Shown piece by piece: positions 28,678-38,161 of a stretch of 38,161 nt of DNA. The notes beneath the pieces are model-generated. The model made no database searches and had not been told where the DNA came from. It saw only the letters and a list, made by a program, of their open reading frames with translations. The stretch lies in NCBI GenBank assembly GCA_010015585.1, contig ML975189.1. The stretch is one strand, 5' to 3'. The translations under genes and the position numbers were made by a program. Numbering within the stretch: the stretch's first letter is position 1; every line of letters begins with the position of its first letter. The DNA is from Eremomyces bilateralis CBS 781.70 (lineage: Eukaryota).

Positions 28678-29821
28678 AAGGACAGACGTCTCTCAGACTC
28701 CATTCCGTTGTCCAGCCGTCTCATGGGCATTTTCTACAAGATCTCGCGCTTGGTAACACGCTGCGCGGCGAGCCAGTGGACCCGCCGCGACCACCGCCTC
28801 GTGGCCGTGCCAGACTTATTGAGTGTGACGGAAGCCACAGGCTGTGTAACGGGCGGCTTCCGGGATGGCTCTCATCGTCCACGCATGTTCTAGCCGATCA
28901 ACCCTTTCGGTGCGATGCGACGTGGGAGCGCCCATAGCCAGACAAGCATCGTGTCGAGGCGCATGTCATGACTTTGTCGAAGAATATGCTAGGTAGACAC
29001 GACACAGGAGGGGAATGGACTCGTCGTCCACGGGACACTTATCATGTCATTCACCACAACTAGTCGCTCACAATTTCTGTATGTATACAATCGATGACCG
29101 GTGGGATACACGGGAATGTGGAATTGATTCCGGTCGAGGTGTTATTTATCCCTATGGCGGGTTTTGATCTGCTTGTCTTCAGCAAACCCACTCTCTGGCA
29201 GCCGAGACTTTCATACCTGGGGTCTCTGCTGCTGCCTAATTCTGGTATGTATTGTCTGGTATCGTCTTTCGGTGCAGTACCAGACTGGCGACGGTGGCGC
29301 AGCAATCACGTGATATGCGCCACAATCCATGTATTACCTAATCATCTAATCAGCCTGTGTGTTCAGCCGCCTCAGCAATCAGCACCACATGCAGAAATCA
29401 TCATCATACAAGTATCATATCCTGGAGACTGGAGCACCTTGCTGTAACTTACTCGCTGCATCAGGACTGGACAGAACAAGGCATGGTTCCAATTTCCATT
29501 CGGTTTCTTTATCTTCCTCGCCACATCTCTCCAGCCTCAGTGGCACCGTTCATGCCTCAGGAACCAACCTGCCTTCAGTCATGGGCCACCACGTCTTGAC
29601 CAATCAAGGGCATGACGGCATCACTCCATTCTATGCTTCGCCATGCCCCCCACACCACTCATCTTACCTGCCCGACTCATACATTCGACGAACGCCTGCC
29701 CGAGAAGGAAACGGTCCCCTAGATGCTTCCGTCGAGTCTCAAAGAATCCTTGGTCCCCGTGTCCGAGCCGAGAGTCGACAATTGCCCCGGATGATTGAAC
29801 GGCGAAGGCCACGATACCACG

Positions 29822-31976
29822 ATGCCCATCCTCAAAGATGACTCCTCCCGCCCGCCCTTCGACCACCCGGCCGACGTTCGCTCTCCTGAGCAACGCCGGG
29901 ACCATGAACCAGGACGACGTGTCGAAGCCTCCCCGGAGTTCGGCTTATTACAACCCTCCATCTCCCGGGAGCAGCTGATCCTTCGAATCAAGGAAGGAAA
30001 TCATTATACGGGATGGCCTGCCGGTGAGGTAGGATCGCCAGCTTGCCGTGACTGCCCGTCGGAGTTCCTGCTGAATCGAAATATAGACACGGTCGAGAAC
30101 CCCGTCGCTGGGATCGCCCTCGAGACGTCCACCGAGCCCACGTCTGCTGCCGCCCTTCCAACCAGGTATCCAGACCCCCGATGCCAGCCCTGACCCGATG
30201 ACGAGCAACCACGCGGCAGGACTGGAGATACAACGGCCTCGTTCTGCTTTTCATTCGGGAGATTTTCGTGACCGATCCCCTGCCGATACGCCCTCGGACA
30301 ACCCGGAGCCCTTGGCTTCACGCCCGGGGAGTGGCGATGGGACACCACGGTTGCCCGCAAAGGCCGATCCCATCGTGTACGAGAAGCGTCCGGTACGCTC
30401 CCGAGCCGTTTCCAATGCCTCGACCACCAGCTTGCTCTTCATGCCACCGACAAGTCCACTAGCCAAACAGTCCACCTCCGACGGGTCACGCTCCGATGTT
30501 GAGGCCGCCTCCCGCCGCCATACGCTATCTCCTTTCGCTTTCAGGGGATTGTTCTCATCATCGCCTCTCAACGTGTCTGATCGGAACGATCCGACCCACC
30601 CATCTCAATCCTACCGATCGAGTTTGCAGCATATTTCCCGCTTCATCCCCCAAACTCCGAGCTCTCGTCGTCCGTCGTTATCGTCGGACAGTCCCCCTTT
30701 GCACCATGCCCCCCTGGTCGGCTCGTACGAGGAGTCCATTTTGCGGGGTCGCATGTCCACCACTCCCTCACGACCATTGAACTTCGTCGCTCAAATCGGC
30801 GTCTTGGGGCGTGGGGAATGCAAACCCAGCTTACAATGCCCACCACACGTGATGGTGGGATTTCCTGCCGTATTCTACAGTTACAATGGCGGTACCCGGA
30901 TCGCGGATAGTCAGCCGAGCCCATATGTCGGCCTGATCGACCTCGAGGGCACGGCATCGGAGCGATCGAAGCGGCGCCGCTCGCCAGAGGAGCGACGTGC
31001 GAGGAAACAGAAGCGACTGAGACGGCTACGATGCGATGCGGAGGCGAAGGACTCCAGTCCGCTAGCACCCACCGGTCGCCAAGGAGGCGGTGATAGGGCC
31101 CCGCTCGAACCGCGCTCCCGATCCGGCTCGCCTGTGCCGCGGTCGATCCGAGCCAGCGGTGCGCAGCGACCGGGCGAAACCGTGGGCCCCATCACAACGC
31201 CCGTTGGTGGATACCGGATTCCCCCTCAGGGCCATCTTCAAATCATCATCAAAAATCCCCACAAGACCGCCGTCAAGCTTTTCCGGGTCCCATACGATGT
31301 CTCGGACATGCCGGTTGGGACCAAGACTTTTGTCCGTCAACGAAGCTTCGTGGAGAGCACGGAAGCCTGGGAGCCTGGAATGGGCGGGATGAACGCCACA
31401 CAGTCGGCGTCGAGAGCCCCGCTGCGTTACCTGGTGCACTTGAACATCTGCTGCACGGCACCGAAACGACATTGGCTGTACGGAGACATTCGAGTCGTGT
31501 TCGCGAACCGTGTCCCGGATGGGAAAGAGAGCTTGCGATGCGAAACACAGGTTCCGGAGCCGAGGTGGAGTGCCTACCGTCCAACAGTCCGGCCGAACGC
31601 TCGGCCAACCAACCAAGGCCAGCCGTTCGGCGCCCTTGCCTCGGAAACCAAAGATACACGTCATTCCGTCGCTTGGTCGCCGCGGTTCAAACAATTCGGC
31701 CACCTGGAATCGGACCACCTCGACAAGGTCGACGGGCTACAAGGTCTGCACGCTAGGAGCAGAAAACTTCCACAGAACGACACATTTACGGCGCAACCGC
31801 CCGGAAGAATCCACGATATGAGCGCGGAGGACCGTGCGAAGACGCAGGCGGAGGTACAGGCCAAGTTCGAGGAGACATATGCCCGAGCAGAGGCAAAGGA
31901 GCGGATGAACCGCTTGGGACGGGGCGAGGAGTTTCTCACCAGACTTCACGGATATGGGATGTCCCGGCCTCATTGA
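29822..31976 (+). CDS. DUF4210/FAM214 (Atos-like, Chromosome_seg domain) protein; exons 29822-30028, 30087-31976
   Basis: LVGSYEESILRGRMS, FVAQIGVLG, PSPYVGLIDL, GGYRIPPQGHLQIIIKNPHKTAVKLFRVPYD, TKTFVRQRS, LRYLVHL, IRVVFANRVPD. Confidence 0.88.
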
Positions 31977-32422
31977 TACGGTTGTTAGGGGTTGGATCCT
32001 GTGTAATCAGCATGACGGTATTTAGGTGCATCGTTTAGGTTGGCGATTATTGTTCTGATAGATACCCTTGTCGATGAATCAAGTATATATGCATTGCCAT
32101 CCTCCCATCTCACGCTGATTTGGAACGCTCTCGGTCCTCATGGTCGATGCTGTCCTGGCATGGAGGGTTCGTCCCTTCGGCTCGAATCCGATGACTGGTC
32201 AGCCGTCAGGGGCCGGAATCCGGGAATCGGCCAAGGATGGTGACATCACCGATTGCCCGAACATCATCCGTATCCGACTGAACACCTCGGTTGTGTTCCG
32301 CATTCCGTGTTGTCACCAACTCCGTCGTTGAGCCGCGATGATAGAGATGTCGTCCTACAAGATCCTACGTATTGACGATTTCGGTTGAGCTCGAGCGCAT
32401 TGATTCCATCCACTACTCAACC

Positions 32423-33559
32423 ATGCCGTCCGCCATTGTCATCCGCAAGATCGAAGGGAAGCCAGGAAAGGTCTACTATCCATTGGAGCGTATCACGCTC
32501 CCGTCTCCCGCGCCCAAACCCGATGAGGTCGTCGTTCGCCTTCATGCCGCGGCGTTGAACCATCGAGATCTCTTCCTCCGCCAGCATCTGTACCCGGGCA
32601 TCGCCTTCGGCGTCCCGCTGCTCGCCGATGGCTCCGGCGTCGTCGTCGCGACCGGTTCCAACCCCGAGGCGAAGCGATGGCTCCACAAACGCGTCGTCTT
32701 GAACCCCGGCACGGGTTGGGAGTCGCATCCGGACGGCCCCGAGGACCCCTCGGGATATGCCATCCTTGGTGGGACACGCATGAACCCGGTCGGGACGTTG
32801 GCCGAGGTGGCTACGGTGCGACACGGCGAAGTCGAGGAAATTCCACCGCATCTGAGCGACCACGAGGCCGCCGCCCTACCATTGACAGGCCTCACAGCCT
32901 GGCGAGCGGTGGTCACCAAGAGCGGAAACGCAATGGAGGGACGCAACATCCTCGTGACTGGCATTGGTGGAGGGGTCGCCATCATGGCGCTACTCTTCGC
33001 CGTCGCCAAAGGCTGCCGAGTCTATGTCACCAGCGGAAGCGAAGAGAAGATCGAAAAGGCGAAGAAGCTGGGCGCCGTGGGCGGAGTGAACTACAAGGAG
33101 GCCGGCTGGGACAAGAAGCTGCAGGCAATGCTTCCGAAGGAGCGGAAAGTGCTGGACGCCATCATCGATGGAGCGGGAGCCGACATTGTCGAGAAGGGAG
33201 CGAAGCTCCTCAAGGTAAGTTCCGATCGGCACCGAACCGCCCCGTACTAACTGGATCAGGCTGGCGGTGTCATCTCCATCTACGGCATGACCGTGTCACC
33301 CAAGATGCCGTTCCTGATGCCGGCGGTGCTCAAGAACATTGAGGTTCGAGGCTCAACCATGGGCTCACGCAAGGAGTTTGCCGAGATGATGCAGTTTGTG
33401 AAAGACCACGGCCTGCAGCCAGTGGTATCTCGAGTTTCCAAGGGTGGCCTGGACAACCTGGAGGGCATTGATGGCCTATTTGAGGACATGAAAAAGGGAA
33501 GTCAATTTGGCAAGTTGGTGGTTGAGATCGTGAAGGATGGCGACTCAAGCAAACTCTAA
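32423..33559 (+). CDS. MDR-family zinc-type alcohol dehydrogenase/quinone oxidoreductase-like protein; exons 32423-33214, 33260-33559
   Basis: AAALNHRD, LADGSG, AAALPLTGLTAW, ILVTGIGGGVA, RGSTMGS, QFGKLV. Confidence 0.92.
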
Positions 33560-35331
33560 CCTTCCTCATACACCGCTCTATGATGAAGTGGGATTATGTG
33601 AACGATGCGCATGCGCATCGGGATTGAACGCCATATTGCCTTGGCTGTACACAACAATAGCCAGCATGCCTTCTCTTTCACATACTTGGGAAGGAAGTGA
33701 TTGGATAGGAGATGTTCGGTAGAGGCGCGAGACATACGAGCATGCATTCGGCATACGTTTTAGACTTCGCAATGAAACGAAGGGGTGTTGGACAGCACGA
33801 AAGCCAGTCCGCCAGGACGACCTAATTCATCCACTCATAAGTGATCAGCTCCTCCCTCCATGGATGATATGAATCCATTTGATATCTCTAGCAGTCAATG
33901 ATGCCCAGAACTGCTGCGATCAGTAAATCTTTGATTGCTCGAATCCCCAATCAATCCCTGCAACAGTAAGTGTTCCACGCCTGAAAACAAGATGCAAAAT
34001 GCAAGGCAATCCGCGAGAGGGTATCCCTCACGGCCGATATACCGTGTCTCTTCCGGTCCAGGTGCATAGCATCCTGGAAACATCAGTGATGGAGGAATTG
34101 AGACGAATAGAGATGGACTGCGCATGTGGACGTCGACCAAGAAGTCGAGGGCCTGGTCTCAGTTCCTGCTAATGATTGATAAATAAACTCGCCGCCAACT
34201 GCATGTTCGTTGCTCCTGCAGCAATTGGAGGAGATTAGGAAACCGAAGAAGGATTTGAACTGGCTGGCCACGCGAGGATAATATCTCTAAGTCTCAACTC
34301 TCAATTCCGTCAACTGTGCCTGGTAGACCGTTTTGAAACTGGCAATCATCCAATCAGTCGCTCCAGTGCAAAGTGCACAAGTCTGGCCATGATTGATTTC
34401 TTGAAAACAGAGCAGGCAGATACGAGGCCCACGTAGCAAACTGGGGGACGAATCAAATTTCTCTCCATGACCCTTACTCCTTAGCTGCCAATGACATAGC
34501 TTGCTCGCGTGGCTTCATAGCTTCAGGAGACGGCCGCAATCCGCATGGAACGATCGCTCCAGAACTTTGGGCTCTCTTGCCGGGAATTTGAGAATTTGAG
34601 GCCGGTTCTCTCCTTCACATCTGCGGCTCCTCAGCTGTACTATGTAAATTACTATAACTATTTAACTTAGTCGAGCTTACTTTTTGGGGGCGATCAAACG
34701 ACATCCGCGTGTCCTACATCTATGGAATCGGCGTCCGCGAACGCAAAGAACACTGCCAAAGCCCAGACTATCCTTTTCAAGCTCCAACGTCGTTCATTTT
34801 CGACAGCCAAAACGGATCACGTCCTTACATCGTTCCCCAACAAGCGACCCGGAAGCTCTGAGTGGAGAGAATTGTACAGCATGGCTCAAGATCGGCCAGG
34901 AAACTAATATGCCCTGAACTGTGGACAAAACTGGACCAGCTCCGAGAGTTCGGCAACGGACTACCGGACATAAGTAAGTTGAGTTATCCCCTAACTATCC
35001 AACTGATGTTTAGGCTTCGAAAAACGGTAAAGATTGAGTTCATATTAATACTCTACTACATAATACATATGGAGTCGCTCGCCACCAAGTACCGGTCCGC
35101 ATCATATTGCCGGAATCGTGTTCCCACCCCAGTCATTCCAATTCGAGCTTCGGTCAATGAGCAAGGGACTTCCATGCGTTCTACGGCTGTACAGACTACA
35201 GACTCTGGGTTCGTGAATCCTCACACATCCTGCTTGTCAGGGGAACATGCAGAAATTTCTTGCCTCAATAGGATCTCACTCTGCTCAGACCGATTTGATG
35301 TAAGCAAGATAAATACAACAGAATGGACCAT

Positions 35332-35545
35332 TGTCGCACGTGATGTGCTAAAATGGTTGGGGTGAGGTGCTGTTGTTCCAGCAGCGAAGTTGTTTTATTG
35401 TGTGTTGTGTGTAAGTTGTGTGTAAGTTGTTTTTTCTAGCTGAATGCCTGGTCCCCCGGCCCTACAGATATACGAGAGTCACGGCAAGATTATTAATGCA
35501 GTTTGTAGCCTTGGACTCCTAGAGCTCATGCCTTGGCCTGCGACA
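35332..35545. mobile_element. Solo LTR (214 bp) with 7-bp terminal inverted repeats and a 5-bp TSD
   Basis: ACCAT|TGTCGCA...TGCGACA|ACCAT (TSD at 35327-35331 and 35546-35550); second copy at about 13121-13307. Confidence 0.88.
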
Positions 35546-35741
35546 ACCATTGATGAGAATACGTCAACATTATTACTCAGCAGAGGTTGGCTTCTGAACA
35601 AAATCTTCAGTCAACCCGGAACTCCGAGTGCAAATTTTAGACGCTGTTACAGATCGCCCGTTCACTCCGAATTAGCTATTCATGAGGCAAGACCACTTCC
35701 TACGTACTCCAAACTGATTGATGTAATCTACTCAAGAAGCC

Positions 35742-37270
35742 ATGGAGAAACCTAGATGCTCTCGATGCGAAAAGTACTTCAGCAAAAGTAAGTAGTCGGC
35801 TACACTCTTCGGTCGTAAGGATTTAATCCAACTCGGCAGCGTCATCCCTGGTTCGACACATCAGAAACAGGAAATGCGAGAAAGGGTCAGTCGTTATTCG
35901 CCAGAAATCCTGTCAGAAATGTTCGGATTCGAAAACGAAATGTGATTTACGGAAACCAACATGCAGTCGTTGTTCGCTGAGAAGCCTCACCTGCCAATAC
36001 CCCGGTTCCGACGATGCAAGCTCTAACAACTCCTCGGACCCCCGTGACGCTCCCCACTATAGACCCCCAATAGCGAGGACGGATGTAGTGGGTTTGGATG
36101 CTTCCACTCAAGCCACTCCTCTGGATCAATTGTCGGACGATGCTTTGCTATCCGCTAATTCCAGAACGCCGACGCAAAGAGCATCCGACAATAACATATC
36201 CAACACGTTTGATGTTGTGCGGGGAACAATGCACGACTTCGATGATTTCTATGTGTCGTGGATAACCGGTACTTCCATCCCAGACCCAACTTCCCAGCCG
36301 GATCTCGCCTTGATTCCATCGACGGCGACCACGCCAGTTCTGGCCACCCACAGCATGCATACCTTGTTTCGTTGTCTGCGAACATGGCCACGTATGATAG
36401 CGAAGGGCATCTTCGCCCCGCCAATTATCCACGATACAGTGACATCCGAACGTCTTATGCCAGCATCTTTAGCCAGATGCTATACCTTGACCAAGATGTG
36501 GGATGGACAGTGTCCTGGAACAAGCTCCATGGTACTAGAAGCTGTTAAAAAAGAAATGCAAACTCTGATCGATACAGTAAAGTTGCTCCGTTTCCATGTC
36601 CGATTGTTCTAACCTGACATATTAGTATCAATCCCTTACGGAAGACACTCTCGTCCCAGCTATCCAAGCCCTCGTCATTTACACCATTCTTTTGCTCTTT
36701 CCTACCAAATCCCAACGCTCTGTCTCGTTGCTCCCCGAGTCCCTGTTCCGTGATCTCAGGAACATTGTCTACCACACCATCGGCACTGGTCTTACCTTAC
36801 CAGAAGAATACGCTCACGAGCGTCCTACCTGGTCGTCTTGGATTCGCGTTTCATCCAAACGTCGTGCGGTATTCGCTTTGTATCTGATACACTGGGCTTA
36901 CTCGGTTTACCATTGCTTGCCGAGCTACGACTGTCAAGATTTGGGTATAATGCCGGCGCCAGCGGCGAAGTATCTTTGGCATGCAACAAACCAGGAGGAA
37001 TGGGAAAAGCTCTACTTGAAGTGGCTAGTGATATGGGATGGGAAGCAATATATGCAATGGGAGTACTTTACCATTCAATCTGGAGTGGGTCTGGATGGAC
37101 GAGCTCAGCTATGGTTAGAAGACGCCGATGAATTTGGTATCATGTTCATGGGCATTGGTAAGTCAACTTTCCTCGATCTCATGACAGCTTGGGAACCAAA
37201 CTAATGCCGGCTGGTTGTAGTCAATGCTACTGATAGAGAACCCATATTTGAAGTTGAGCATCTGCCTTAA
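35742..37270 (+). CDS. Transcription factor with an N-terminal C2HC-type finger plus Zn(II)2Cys6 cluster; exons 35742-35787, 35840-36576, 36626-37157, 37221-37270
   Basis: MEKPRCSRCEKYFSK|TSSLVRHIRNRKC...RQKSCQKCSDSKTKCDLRKPTCSRCSLRSLTCQYP; C-terminal WSSWIRVSSKRR, PAPAAKYLWHA, WLEDADEFG. Confidence 0.88.
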
Positions 37271-37324
37271 GGCATTACGGAACATTTTGGTCGAAAACAT
37301 ATCCACCTCCCACTCATCTTTGTC

Positions 37325-38046
37325 TCTATATCAACAAGGTCAAGGTATTGCCCAATGATAGCCTTCATCGTACCCTCAAATGTCGCAAACTTCCAACCAA
37401 AGCCTTATCGGTGTCTCAAGAATCGACTCTCCACTTCATCGTTGGCAATGTTCCACCTAGTGACTGTCATGGGCCCAAACCACGAAGGATTTGGTAAGCT
37501 GGTAACGCTGTTGAATTGCTAAAGAGAGAAGGAGAAGATCTCTCTCACTGCGATCTGCTATTTACATCTGTAGGCAAACGGCCTACCCATCCCTTCTGCC
37601 TTAGGCCGCAAGGCCACAACACACAGACTGGGCGAAGCCCAAGACTGTCACAGTGACAACTCTTTGCTTCCCACTCGGTCCGGGAAATATTTCTTAGCCA
37701 CTTCATTCATGGAAATTGGAATCCCACTCTATACCTTCCGGCGACTCGGCAGAAAGAGTATAATCAATGTTCCCCGGAATAGACGACTTGATGGCCTCGA
37801 CGTGCGCTCTCGCTACATCGGCTACATCGACTGGAATGCCAAGCATGGGATCAGTTTGTTTTTCTCCGAGGACCGGCGACATTCTCAAAGCCCATTGAGG
37901 CGTATTATTGTTCAGATCCGTTGTGATCGATGCACGATCATCTGGGCCAATAACCACACCAGTGAGCATTTGAATTGTCACGAATTACGGTTTAAGGGTC
38001 TCCACAAAATCACGAACACCGGTCCAGTATCCTTCAAAGGGATGTG
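37325..38046 (-). pseudogene. Gre2-like NAD(P)-dependent aldehyde reductase/epimerase pseudogene (C-terminal part), disrupted by an LTR
   Basis: GVVIGP, VDVADVARAHVEA, AKKYFP, FGWKFATFEGTMKAIIGQYLDL; frameshifts, a stop and an inserted LTR. Confidence 0.78.
37465..37652. mobile_element. Solo LTR (188 bp) with a 5-bp TSD inside the reductase gene
   Basis: GTGAC|TGTCA...TCACA|GTGAC (TSD at 37460-37464 and 37653-37657); removal restores the frame GSKELSLGGTLP. Confidence 0.88.
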
Positions 38047-38161
38047 AGACTGAATGACTGGGGTTGTGTTGTGAAGACGACAAAAGTAGAAGACTGATTA
38101 TATTGATTGATTTCTATGGAGCCTAACTAGTTGGGGATGTCTAGATACAGATGGTTGATCA

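Noticed and set aside
33890..35320. Short ORFs between the MDR gene and the solo LTR
   Set aside because: No recognisable domain and stops in all frames; may be decayed coding DNA but cannot be supported

Overview
Intron-containing genomic DNA from a filamentous ascomycete (Pezizomycotina, probably Eurotiomycetes, inferred from gene style and from short introns with CTRAC/CTAAC branch points). A conserved housekeeping backbone is present: MCM3, ubiquitin-RPL40, a UTP30/CIC1-like L1-domain protein, a Tos4-like FHA protein, palmitoyl-protein thioesterase, an acetoacetate-decarboxylase-like gene divergent from a HOL1-like MFS transporter, a FYV7-like gene, a DUF4210/FAM214 (Atos-like) gene, an MDR quinone oxidoreductase-like gene and a C2HC+Zn2Cys6 transcription factor. 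Accessory or decayed DNA is interleaved: a tandem pair of DUF7918-like paralogs at 3.1-8.4 kb (one broken only by two in-frame TAG codons, one heavily decayed), a frameshifted His-Cys box (I-PpoI-like) endonuclease relic at about 13.9-14.8 kb, an ankyrin fragment, and several solo LTRs. Two of the LTRs have perfect 5-bp target-site duplications: one lies in the TF promoter and one disrupts a Gre2-like reductase pseudogene. Gene models and family calls were made by eye, with no database search.
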